Notes under the pieces: model-generated
What the model was told of the DNA's origin: nothing
Database searches by the model: none
The model's input: only the letters and a program-made list of their open reading frames with translations
Source of the DNA: Candidatus Aerophobota bacterium
Lineage (GTDB): Bacteria > Aerophobota > Aerophobia > Aerophobales > B3-G15
Direction of reading: 5' to 3'
Length of the DNA stretch: 36,324 bases
Assembly (NCBI GenBank): GCA_014859225.1
Contig: JACUUP010000002.1
Coordinates: 1-36,324 of the forward strand
Shown: piece by piece, positions 17,309-25,784 of the stretch
Layout: every line of letters starts with the position of its first letter
How positions within the stretch are numbered: position 1 is the stretch's first letter
Position numbers and translations under genes: made by a program

Positions 17309-18096
17309 TTTTCCCCCAGCTCGTTTTTATTTACAGTTTTTCTAACACCGTCGGGAGTTTCAATTATTACAGTTTTTGTGAGAAGATTGCAACCCACAAC
17401 TTTTACCTTTTCTCCCTTAATTTTCATCTCTTTACCTATGCAAGGGAACTCTTCAACAAGATTAGAATAAAGGTAGTACTCAAAATTAAGACAACAGCGC
17501 AATCTCCCGCATATCCCGGATATTTTAGATGAGACCAGGGGAAGATTTTGAATGCGGGCTGCCTCAAGAGCTACTGATTCTAATTTGTCTTTACACCTTC
17601 CTAAGAATGAGGCACAACAGACTTCCCTGCCGCAAATACCAATTCCCCCGAAAATCTGTGGTTCATCCCTTACTCCGATTTGTTGCATTTGAATACGCAC
17701 CTTAAATGTCTTTGCCAGCTCTTTAACCAATTTTCTAAAGTCTATCCTTTGCTTTGCCGTATAGTAAAATATGATTTTTTCTTTGCCCAGGGGATATTTA
17801 GTGCATTTAAGTTTCATAGGAAGTTCATACTCAGTCATTTTTTTTTCAGCTAACTCTTTTGCCTCCCTTGCTATCTTTTCTCTTTTTCTAAATTCCTCCA
17901 GGTCACTAAGAGTTGCTCTTTTCACCTTCCTTCCTTCTCCAGGGCATTCTTTTTGAACACAGAATCTTATCTTTCCCAGTTCCCATCCTTCCTGAGATTG
18001 GAATATACACCAATCCTCTGGTCCAAGGTCTTCCTCTTTTGTTGCAAGATATATAACTCTTTTTGGATTGAATGTTTCAATTCCCACAAAGGACAT
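17305..18096 (-). CDS. PSP1-domain protein (YaaT/RicT-like)
   Basis: IDFRKLVKELAKTFKVRIQMQQIGVRDE...GICGREVCCASFL is typical of the PSP1 C-terminal domain. 263 aa. Confidence 0.8.
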   Translation of the reverse strand: MSFVGIETFNPKRVIYLATKEEDLGPEDWCIFQSQEGWELGKIRFCVQKECPGEGRKVKRATLSDLEEFRKREKIAREAKELAEKKMTEYELPMKLKCTKYPLGKEKIIFYYTAKQRIDFRKLVKELAKTFKVRIQMQQIGVRDEPQIFGGIGICGREVCCASFLGRCKDKLESVALEAARIQNLPLVSSKISGICGRLRCCLNFEYYLYSNLVEEFPCIGKEMKIKGEKVKVVGCNLLTKTVIIETPDGVRKTVNKNELGEK

Positions 18097-18263
18097 ATTA
18101 TTCTCCTTTCATCGCTTCATTATCTAAATATAATGTGAGAGGTAGCATCCTCTATCAGGCGTATTCATTTATGGCGGGGAATAAAGAGGTGATAGAAATC
18201 AAACTGTGGTGTATTTCATCAAGTTTGCTGAGAAAATAAATACAAACGAGCCTTATTTCTTGT

Positions 18264-20354
18264 TTAAATCTGCAACCTGGTAAAATCAGCTATCCTTAAG
18301 AATCTTGAACCAATATCTAAGAGCAAAGACAGTCGGTTTAGTCTTATCTCAAAGTCATCACACATCACCAGAACTTTGTCAAAAAAGGTGTGAATAGTTT
18401 CTTTCAATGAAGATAAATTTTTATAAGCTTTTATGTATTCTCTTTCCTCCAGAGCTTTATCAACGACTTTTTTTATTTTTTCCCAGCATTTGTAAAGATT
18501 TATCTCCTCTTTTTCCTTAAATCTTTCCGGGCTCACCTTTGAAGGTATCTTTATCCCCCAATCTTTTGCCTGTTTTAATATACTTAATAACCTAACTATG
18601 GCTATAATTTCTTCTTCAAACTTTTCTCGGGAAGCAAGACTCTGCATCGCCCTTGCTCTTTTAATTATATCTACTGGTTTATTCTTATCAACTTGCATAA
18701 TGGAATTAACTATATCTGGCGCTATTCCCATATCCCGCAGGGTAGAAACTATCCGGCCGCGCAAAAATTCACTTAACTTTTCTCTGGCATCATTTTTATT
18801 TTTATTATAAAGGTCCATACTCTGGTTTATTAGTTCTTTTAAATCAATGTCAAAATTTTTATCAATAATTATCTCCACTACACCCTGGGCTTCTCTGCGC
18901 AATCCCCAGGGGTCCTCGGAGCCGGAAGGAATAAATCCTGCCCAGAAAGCTCCGCTCAATGTATCTACTTTATCAATAATTGCTAAGATTGCTCCCTCTA
19001 AAGAATTCGGGAGTTTATCTTCAGAAAAACAGGGTCTTCTGTGCTCTTCAATAGCTTGAGCGACAAGCGCATCTTCTCCGGAATGAAGGGCATACTCTTT
19101 TCCTAAAGTGCTCTGTAGCTCAGGAAATTCTTTTCCCATATGGGTTAAAATATCAGCTTTGCAAAGATAGGCTGCCCTTTCTACTCTTTTTTGCAGGTCC
19201 TGTCCGACTCCAAGGCCGGGAGAAATTTTCTGGGTTAGCTTAACGAGCCTCTTTATCTTATCGTAGTAGCTTCCCAACTTTTCCTGCACAATAACTTCCC
19301 TTAATTCAAGGACCCTCTCTTTCAGAGGAATCTTTTTGTCCTCTCTGTAGAAAAATCCAACATCGTTGAGGCGGGCGTGCAGGACTCTTTTGTTGTTTTC
19401 CACTATCTCCTGGAGGTTGTGCCGACCTCCCTCCCTTACCCCGATAAAAAACGGTAGAACTTTCTCTCCCTCAGCAGTTGTAAAATATTTCTGATATTCT
19501 CTGAGACATGCTTTGAGGATAAAAGAAGGTAAGGATAAATATTGAGAATCAAATTCTCCCCAGAATACAGTGGGATGTTCTATAAGATAGCATAACTCTT
19601 CCAGAAGCTTCTCATCGTTAACCAGCCGGGCTTTATATCCTTTACGCTCAAGCTCTAACATAACCTTTGATATTTGCTGGGAAATTGCTTTTTTTCTATC
19701 CCCTGGGTGCGTTATTACACCTAAATTGCGGATTATTTTGCCATAACTTGGTGCATCGGACACCTCCACCCATCGGGGGAAAAGATATCTGTTCCCTCTT
19801 GTTTTTCTTCCCGATTTGATTCCATTAATTTCAAATTCAACCACTTCTTCTCCCAGAACAGAAAAAATATACCGCAAAGGCCGTCCAAAGGAAAAGTTTC
19901 CATCTTTCCATCTCATAGATTTTGAAAACCTTAAGCTTCTTATAAGTTCTGTAAAAAGGGAAGGTAAAATGGCGGATGTTTTTTTTCCTTTAATGTGCTT
20001 TTTTATGTATACATACTCTCCTTTCTTTAGAGTCTCTATTCCGAGGCTGCTCTCATTGATTTTTTTTGCCTTAAGGTACTGTCTGCCGGCTGGAGTGAGC
20101 TTACCTTCAGAGTCGTAAACTAATTTTTTAGGAGGGCCCATATCTTTTTCTACGGCATCTTCTTGTTTTAACTTTATCCCCTGTATACAGAAAATAAGTC
20201 TTTGAGAACTACCCCAGGTTGACACCTTCTGGTAGTTTATTCTGTAATTTTCAAGAAGAGTTTCTCCAAATTTTTGAAGCTGACCCAGCGTATCTTTAAC
20301 CATAGAAGGAGGCAGATCTTCCACTCCAAGTTCAAGAATAGCGGTCTTTTCCAT
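18264..20354 (-). CDS. glyS: glycine--tRNA ligase beta subunit
   Basis: [19 protein letters not shown] start at ATG 20354, with AAGGAG (20365-20370, minus strand) upstream. The track ORF extends 31 codons further into glyQ. Directly downstream of glyQ. Confidence 0.92.
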   Translation of the reverse strand: MEKTAILELGVEDLPPSMVKDTLGQLQKFGETLLENYRINYQKVSTWGSSQRLIFCIQGIKLKQEDAVEKDMGPPKKLVYDSEGKLTPAGRQYLKAKKINESSLGIETLKKGEYVYIKKHIKGKKTSAILPSLFTELIRSLRFSKSMRWKDGNFSFGRPLRYIFSVLGEEVVEFEINGIKSGRKTRGNRYLFPRWVEVSDAPSYGKIIRNLGVITHPGDRKKAISQQISKVMLELERKGYKARLVNDEKLLEELCYLIEHPTVFWGEFDSQYLSLPSFILKACLREYQKYFTTAEGEKVLPFFIGVREGGRHNLQEIVENNKRVLHARLNDVGFFYREDKKIPLKERVLELREVIVQEKLGSYYDKIKRLVKLTQKISPGLGVGQDLQKRVERAAYLCKADILTHMGKEFPELQSTLGKEYALHSGEDALVAQAIEEHRRPCFSEDKLPNSLEGAILAIIDKVDTLSGAFWAGFIPSGSEDPWGLRREAQGVVEIIIDKNFDIDLKELINQSMDLYNKNKNDAREKLSEFLRGRIVSTLRDMGIAPDIVNSIMQVDKNKPVDIIKRARAMQSLASREKFEEEIIAIVRLLSILKQAKDWGIKIPSKVSPERFKEKEEINLYKCWEKIKKVVDKALEEREYIKAYKNLSSLKETIHTFFDKVLVMCDDFEIRLNRLSLLLDIGSRFLRIADFTRLQI

Positions 20355-21246
20355 GAATAATTTTCTCCTTTTTGTCGGGAGACTGAAGTTTTCCTGTAGA
20401 TTTTCTTTGCCACCATTCAAGATAAGCTGTTGCGCATCCCTTAGCAAGCTCTCTAACCCTTTTAATGTATCTTTCTCTTTCAGATACCCCCAGGGCTCCC
20501 CTTGCCTCCAGAAGATTAAAGCTGTGGGAACATTTCAGAACATAATCATAGGCTGGCAAAAAAAGCCCTTTTTCTATAAGCCTTTTAGCCTCTTTTTCGT
20601 ATATCTGAAAAAGCGTAATCTGCTGCTGAATATCTACAAGTTCAAAATTGTAACGGGAATATTGAATCTCGCTTTCAAGATGTATATCTTTATATTTTTT
20701 TTGAAAATCCCAGGCAATATCAAATACATTATCCACTTTCTGGATGCACATAGCAATTCTTTCAAGACCATAGGTTAACTCTACCGATACGGGATTTAAG
20801 TCAATGCCACCTGCCTGCTGAAAATAGGTGAACTGAGTTATTTCCATTCCATCCAATCTAACTTCCCAACCAAGTCCCCAGGCTCCCAGTGTGGGAGATT
20901 CCCAATCATCCTCCAGAAATTTAATATCGTGTTTAAGCGGATTAATTCCAATTCCTTTTAAACTATCTAAGTAGAGCTGCTGGATATTATCAGGGGGAGG
21001 TTTTATAATTACCTGGTACTGGTAGTGCTGGCGCAAGCGATTCGGGTTTTCTCCGTAGCGGCCATCCGCGGGTCTTCTGGATGGCTCCACATAAGCTGCC
21101 CTCCATGGTTCGGGGCCAAGAACTCTCAGGAACGTCGCCGGGTTAAAAGTTCCTGCACCCTTTTCCACGTCGTAAGGCTGTAACAGCAGGCATCCTTTTT
21201 TCTGCCAGTAATGGTGAAAGGCTAATATGATCTCCTGGAAACTCAT
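20332..21246 (-). CDS. glyQ: glycine--tRNA ligase alpha subunit
   Basis: [19 protein letters not shown]...FNPATFLR...[21 protein letters not shown]-type motifs. 304 aa. The 3' end overlaps the glyS start by 23 nt. Confidence 0.95.
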   Translation of the reverse strand: MSFQEIILAFHHYWQKKGCLLLQPYDVEKGAGTFNPATFLRVLGPEPWRAAYVEPSRRPADGRYGENPNRLRQHYQYQVIIKPPPDNIQQLYLDSLKGIGINPLKHDIKFLEDDWESPTLGAWGLGWEVRLDGMEITQFTYFQQAGGIDLNPVSVELTYGLERIAMCIQKVDNVFDIAWDFQKKYKDIHLESEIQYSRYNFELVDIQQQITLFQIYEKEAKRLIEKGLFLPAYDYVLKCSHSFNLLEARGALGVSERERYIKRVRELAKGCATAYLEWWQRKSTGKLQSPDKKEKIIHGKDRYS

Positions 21247-21272
21247 ATGCCAACTTCCCTTATTTATTGTGA

Positions 21273-21301
21273 ATTATAAAGAGAGCTCGGCTAAAAGTCA
21301 A
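21273..21301 (-). promoter_or_regulatory. candidate sigma70 promoter for glyQS
   Basis: On the minus strand: TTGACT (21296-21301), 17-nt spacer, TATAAT (21273-21278). The resulting leader is short (about 20 nt). Confidence 0.65.
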
Positions 21302-21391
21302 GCCATACTTCAAAGCATTTTCGGGTGGGGGGCTTGTTTTTTTCTCCAGATTTATTAGTATACATAGACTAATAAGAAGTTAGAGCTATTT

Positions 21392-21907
21392 ATGGATAAG
21401 GGAAAGACCACTCAGAAAAGGAAAAAAATTCCCCTGGCAAAAAAATATTGGAGAAAACTAAAGCGAGTTTTTAAAAGAGCATTGCTGGCTAACGATTCTC
21501 CAGAGAAGTTAGCACGCGGGTTTGCCATTGGTGTTTTCTGGGGGGTTATGCCTACTTTCGGATTTGCCATTCTTTTTTCCTTACCCACCTCTGTTTTGTT
21601 CAAGGCAAATCGGCTTACCGCTATTATGGGAACTTTTATCTCCAACCCCCTTACCAGCACATTTTTTATGATCCAGGGAACGTATCTTGGTAATTTTATT
21701 TTACGGGCAGCTCCCATTCCTTTTACCCGCGAATTGTTAACTTTAACAAGACTTCTCCAGATAAGCAGGGCTCTATTCCTGGGTACATTGATTCTGGCAG
21801 GAGGTATAGCAGTTTTAAGCTATGGGCTATTTTTGTTAGTTATTCTCGTAGTCAAACAAGTAAGAAAGGGAAAGGGGTCTATAATAGAAAATAACAGTAA
21901 ACAATAG
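21392..21907 (+). CDS. DUF2062-family membrane protein
   Basis: SPEKLARGFAIGVFWGVMPTFG motif, basic N-terminus, several hydrophobic segments. Confidence 0.7.
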   Translation: MDKGKTTQKRKKIPLAKKYWRKLKRVFKRALLANDSPEKLARGFAIGVFWGVMPTFGFAILFSLPTSVLFKANRLTAIMGTFISNPLTSTFFMIQGTYLGNFILRAAPIPFTRELLTLTRLLQISRALFLGTLILAGGIAVLSYGLFLLVILVVKQVRKGKGSIIENNSKQ

Positions 21908-21954
21908 AGAATGACAAAGCGGAGCAATGTCAAATGCTCAAAACCTGCTCTCCC

Positions 21955-22992
21955 CTAAAAGGAGAGTTTTTGCTGGAGGGAAAAAGGGGGAGTTTCATTT
22001 AAATATTCATAGAGAAGAGGGGTAGCTACTCTTCCCTTGGGTGTGCGGTTGATTAGTCCTTCCCGGATAAGGTACGGCTCATATACTTCCTCAATAGTTT
22101 CTGGTTCTTCATTTACTGCCATAGATAGGGTTTTGATTCCTACCGGACCTCCTCCGAATTTATAAAGTATTGCCTGGAGGATTTTCCTGTCCATAGCATC
22201 AAGCCCTTTTTTATCAATCTCCAGTATATTTAAGGCTTTTCTGGCAATCTCTTCGGTTATAACTCCTTCTCCTTTTATCTGGGCGAAGTCCCTGACTCTT
22301 CTCAGGATTCTGTTGGCCACCCTGGGTGTTCCTCTTGCTCGTTTGGCTATTTCTTTTGCTCCTCCCTCATCTATTGTAATTTCTAAAATGCTGGATGAGC
22401 GAATCACGATAAAGAAAAGCTCATCCTCACTGTAGTAATCAAGATGACTTGTTACTCCAAATCTATTCCTGAGGGGCGAGGTGAGAAGACCGGCTCTTGT
22501 TGTTGCCCCTATTAAGGTAAAATGAGACAGGGGAATCTTTACCGAGCGGATGCTTGCTCCTTTGCCCAAAATGATATCCACCTTAAAATCTTCCATGGCA
22601 GAGTAGAGCACCTCCTCTGCCTGGGGATGCAGGCGGTGGATTTCGTCTATAAAAAGGGTGTCTTTGTCCTGGAGTTGTGTGTTGGTTAAAATTTTGGCAA
22701 GCTCTCCTGGTCTATCAATAGACGGACCACTTGTGGAGTAAATATTTCCTCCCATCTCATGGGCAATGATATGAGCCAGGGTGGTTTTACCCAGGCCTGG
22801 AGGCCCATACAAAAGGGTATGGTCAAGGGGGTCACCTCTTTCCCGGGCAGCCTGGACAAATATCTCCAGTCTTTGTTTTATCTTTTCCTGACCAATGAAC
22901 TCGGTCATTTTAGAAGGTCTAAGGGTATTTTCAAAACCCCTATCTTCTTTTTGAAATTGAGGTGTGGTTAATTTGTGCTCTTCTTCAGACAT
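21955..22992 (-). CDS. ruvB: Holliday junction branch migration ATPase RuvB
   Basis: LLYGPPGLGKTTLA, LFIDEIHRL, GATTRAGLLTSPLRNRFG. 345 aa. Confidence 0.97.
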   Translation of the reverse strand: MSEEEHKLTTPQFQKEDRGFENTLRPSKMTEFIGQEKIKQRLEIFVQAARERGDPLDHTLLYGPPGLGKTTLAHIIAHEMGGNIYSTSGPSIDRPGELAKILTNTQLQDKDTLFIDEIHRLHPQAEEVLYSAMEDFKVDIILGKGASIRSVKIPLSHFTLIGATTRAGLLTSPLRNRFGVTSHLDYYSEDELFFIVIRSSSILEITIDEGGAKEIAKRARGTPRVANRILRRVRDFAQIKGEGVITEEIARKALNILEIDKKGLDAMDRKILQAILYKFGGGPVGIKTLSMAVNEEPETIEEVYEPYLIREGLINRTPKGRVATPLLYEYLNETPPFSLQQKLSF

Positions 22993-23560
22993 ACCTGAGA
23001 GCCTCCTTAATTAAACCGGCAAGGTCATTTTTCAGGCCACTGTTTTTTTCCATAGCCTTCCGTATCGCTTCCTCAGCTCTGTTTCTGGTATACCCCAGGG
23101 AAGCGAGGGCCGCCAGCCCATCTTGATAAACTTTATCTTCCCTCAGGAGAGGTATCTTTTCTCCTGCAATATCTTCTAATTCAAGAACTAATCTTTGAGC
23201 TGTTTTTTTCCCAATTCCCGGAGTTTGGGTGAGCTGAGCAAGATTTTTCTCTATAATAGCTTGCTTGAGCTGCAAAGGAGTAGTTCTGCTGAGCATTCTC
23301 AGAGCAGACCTTGGACCGATACTTGATAAAGAGATTAAATGTAAGAAAAATTCTCTATCCTCTGTAGTGAGGAATCCGTAGAGTGCTACTGCATCATCCT
23401 TCATACGAAGGTATGTATATACCTTAACTTTTTCTCCGCGTGAAGGAAAATATTCAAAGAGAGAGAAAGGTATGTTAATCTGATATCCGACTCCATTTGC
23501 CTCCAGAATAATCCAGGAAGGATTTTTCTCTTTCAGGGTTCCTTCTAAATAGTAAATCAT
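22985..23560 (-). CDS. ruvA: Holliday junction DNA helicase RuvA
   Basis: MIYYLEGTL N-terminus. HhH motifs SIGPRSALRML and PGIGKKTAQRLVLEL. 8-nt overlap with ruvB. Confidence 0.95.
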   Translation of the reverse strand: MIYYLEGTLKEKNPSWIILEANGVGYQINIPFSLFEYFPSRGEKVKVYTYLRMKDDAVALYGFLTTEDREFFLHLISLSSIGPRSALRMLSRTTPLQLKQAIIEKNLAQLTQTPGIGKKTAQRLVLELEDIAGEKIPLLREDKVYQDGLAALASLGYTRNRAEEAIRKAMEKNSGLKNDLAGLIKEALRYV

Positions 23561-23793
23561 GCCTTTCTTTTTTGCTCCTTGTAAACGGTTATTGCTGTAT
23601 CAGGACAAACAAGTGCACATATACCGCAGCCCGTGCAACTTCTTCCCTCCCTCTTTTCTTTAAAGACTGCGGGATGATACCCCATTTTGTTGAAATCAAA
23701 GTTAAGATAAATAAGATTTCTGGGGCAAAACTCAACACAAAACCCACATCCCTTACACCTTTCCACATCTATTTCTATTTTAGCTCGGGCCAT
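23557..23793 (-). CDS. 2x[4Fe-4S] ferredoxin (OFOR delta-subunit-like)
   Basis: CKGCGFCVEFCP and CTGCGICALVCP motifs. 78 aa. Its stop overlaps the ruvA start (ATGA). Confidence 0.85.
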   Translation of the reverse strand: MARAKIEIDVERCKGCGFCVEFCPRNLIYLNFDFNKMGYHPAVFKEKREGRSCTGCGICALVCPDTAITVYKEQKRKA

Positions 23794-23856
23794 ATTTCTT
23801 AGTAATTAATTATTACATCCAATGTATCAGATTTTGCCTTGCGGTCAAGGTCAATC

Positions 23857-23934
23857 ATGGGGTCAGGTCTTGCAATATCACATTTTCAATAGCATAATTT
23901 GTACTATATGTGATATTGCAAGACCTGACCCCAT
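23857..23934. repeat. 27-bp perfect inverted repeat with a 24-nt loop
   Basis: ATGGGGTCAGGTCTTGCAATATCACAT (23857-23883) and ATGTGATATTGCAAGACCTGACCCCAT (23908-23934) are exact reverse complements. No U-tract follows on either strand. Flanked by the tandem hexamer GGTCAAGGTCAA (23843-23854) and the tandem heptamer CCATCTACCATCTA (23931-23944). Confidence 0.95.
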
Positions 23935-23941
23935 CTACCAT

Positions 23942-24985
23942 CTACCCAAGCTCACCTATTTTTTCTCCCCTGAGCCTGTCTCTTTTTTGCATGCTCATTT
24001 TAAGAAGATAGGGGAAATTATCCTCTTTTACTTGAGCAAAGATACTATCAGGGGCAAACAAGCGAAGCTCTCTTTTTTCCTCTTCACCCAGGCTATCTGG
24101 CCAGCTGGATATTATTTTTAAAACAGCTTCCTTTCCCCCTTGTTCAAATTTTTTTATCACCAGAAAAAGAGGGTAGGTATGGGAAGATATGCAGGCAAAT
24201 TCAGCTTCTCTCAGGGCATACACATTGCCATTGAAGGAGATAGAGACTCCACCCTTTTCTCTTACAAATCTTAGTGCCCTGGCATCGGTAATGCTATCTC
24301 CCGCATAGGCAGTATCACGGGGATTTGCCTTATTTTTTTTCATTGATTTTTTAACTACCCTTTCTTTTTCCTCCCCCCCCACAGGATTAACTTTATCCAT
24401 AAAGGCTTTAAAGTTCATTGAAGCAATTTCCTTGAAAAATATTTTATCAAGTTCCTGAATTACTTTCATCTCTTGAGAGGATATATCTTTTTTCCCTGCG
24501 GGGGGAAGGAGAGATAAGCTATTTATCCTTTCATAAAACTGGAGCAGCTTTTCTCTTTCATTATCTATTAAAGGGAAACTGTCAAGGTCAAGAAATGTGG
24601 AGAAAGTATCCCGGGGTGGGAAATTAACACTTTCGCAGAGAGCCTGTATATAGGGATTGTAGCTTGTGCTTATTATAAATACCTTCATTTTTGATGTTAG
24701 TTTTTGCAGCAGCTCCTTTGCTCCGGGGACAAACTTTAAGCTTTCTTTTGAATATTTTTTTATTTTCTCATTGCTAAGACTATGAGCTTTAAGGAAAGGG
24801 GCGATTAACTTGAGGGTTCCTCCAGCAAAATACCCTTTTTTCTTTATTACATCAGCAAGATAATCATCAAAGGCGCTGATCACTTTAAAGAAATGCTCCC
24901 CGCGGGGAAGAAAATACTGGCATATCTCAAAAGCATTGTCATTTAAGGTTATGGGACCTTCACAATCCATCCATAGAATTTTCAT
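23942..24985 (-). CDS. HAD-superfamily-like protein with atypical motif I (from memory resembles the family annotated EhaR-like in methanogens)
   Basis: N-terminal WMDCEGPITLNDNAFE (D-x-E in place of DxD). Late motif YAGDSITDARAL (GDxxxD-like). 347 aa. GGAG RBS. Starts 1 nt after the upstream stop. Confidence 0.55.
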   Translation of the reverse strand: MKILWMDCEGPITLNDNAFEICQYFLPRGEHFFKVISAFDDYLADVIKKKGYFAGGTLKLIAPFLKAHSLSNEKIKKYSKESLKFVPGAKELLQKLTSKMKVFIISTSYNPYIQALCESVNFPPRDTFSTFLDLDSFPLIDNEREKLLQFYERINSLSLLPPAGKKDISSQEMKVIQELDKIFFKEIASMNFKAFMDKVNPVGGEEKERVVKKSMKKNKANPRDTAYAGDSITDARALRFVREKGGVSISFNGNVYALREAEFACISSHTYPLFLVIKKFEQGGKEAVLKIISSWPDSLGEEEKRELRLFAPDSIFAQVKEDNFPYLLKMSMQKRDRLRGEKIGELG

Positions 24986-24986
24986 T

Positions 24987-25784
24987 TTATATCTCCACTA
25001 AAAGAGGTCCTTTTAAGTTTTGCAGATTTATTTTAGCCTCCCCCAGAAGATGTAAGGTAGATATAACAAGAGGTATCTCCCTTTTTTTCTGCTCCTCTCT
25101 TATGGCTTTGAAAAGAGGCTCTTTTTCCCCCTCTTCTTTTTTAATCTGTGTTAAAGTTTTATGTTTTAACTTTTCCTGCATCTTTTTCCACAGGGGGTCA
25201 AACATCTCTCCCCTCAGGGAAAATTTACAGTAGGTTATGGCAGGACCTGCATCAAGTTCGCAAGTGACCCGATGAATCATTATTCCCGACTCCCTTTCCT
25301 TTTTTTCTATGAGCTGCCATATAACTTCCTGCCAGGTTCCTTTGGGGCCACAAGGAAGGGCAGGATGCAGATTCAATATGGGGAATTTTTCACAAATCTT
25401 TTCGCCCAGAATAAGCATATACCCTGCAAGAAAAATTGCCTCTGCCGGATATTCCTGAACTTTTTTCACTATCTCCCTGTCGTACAGTGCCCTCCACCTG
25501 TTGATTAGCTCAAAGTTACCACTTTTTATATCTTTTAACCCTTTTTTTCTCAAGCCGGATTTGAATTTTGTGGAGGAAAAAGATACAAAAGCTATACCTA
25601 ACCTATTAACCAGGTCAATGAATTTGTCACTCTCTTTATTCTCCTCCCTTTCGCTGTTACTAAAAACATATGAGATGCTGGCATCCCCTATTTTTCCCTG
25701 TTTTGCGGCTTCATGGCTTTCTTGCAGGAGAAGACGTGCTTGCTTGTCCCTTCCTGTAGAAAACCATCCAATTTTAAAGGTCAT
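24987..25784 (-). CDS. formyltransferase-fold protein, PurN-like but divergent
   Basis: LAGYMLIL...NLHPALP...ELDAGP retains the N/H/D catalytic pattern of PurN/Fmt-type transformylases. The N-terminal loop reads GWFSTGRDKQA rather than the PurN-type SGNGSNLQA. Confidence 0.65.
   Translation of the reverse strand: MTFKIGWFSTGRDKQARLLLQESHEAAKQGKIGDASISYVFSNSEREENKESDKFIDLVNRLGIAFVSFSSTKFKSGLRKKGLKDIKSGNFELINRWRALYDREIVKKVQEYPAEAIFLAGYMLILGEKICEKFPILNLHPALPCGPKGTWQEVIWQLIEKKERESGIMIHRVTCELDAGPAITYCKFSLRGEMFDPLWKKMQEKLKHKTLTQIKKEEGEKEPLFKAIREEQKKREIPLVISTLHLLGEAKINLQNLKGPLLVEI

Noticed and set aside
21247-21391. Possible T-box leader upstream of glyQS, as seen in Firmicutes
   Set aside because: A near-consensus promoter (TTGACT-17-TATAAT) lies only about 20-25 nt upstream of the RBS. 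There is no 200-300-nt leader, no AGAGA or specifier-loop features and no GGGUGGNACCGCG T-box sequence.
23884-23907. LexA/SOS operator in or near the palindrome upstream of fdx-ruvAB
   Set aside because: Neither CTGT-N8-ACAG nor GAAC-N4-GTTC is present in the loop, the arms or the promoter region.
11452-23934. Whether the four long perfect hairpins (11452-11495, 13628-13662, 15463-15534, 23857-23934) are copies of one repeat family (REP/MITE)
   Set aside because: Their arm sequences share no convincing similarity beyond short GGGG(A/T)CAG-like strings. Within this window they look like independent palindromes.
23822-24121. 99-aa plus-strand ORF spanning the 27-bp palindrome and running antisense into the HAD-like gene
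   Set aside because: It translates both arms of the palindrome and then overlaps a well-supported minus-strand CDS. It has no RBS and a low-complexity, unfamiliar sequence.
24373-24380. C8 (G8 on the coding strand) tract inside the HAD-like gene as a phase-variation switch
   Set aside because: It is short, it encodes a plausible GGE segment in frame, and nothing else suggests contingency-locus behaviour. It would need read-level length heterogeneity to be taken seriously.
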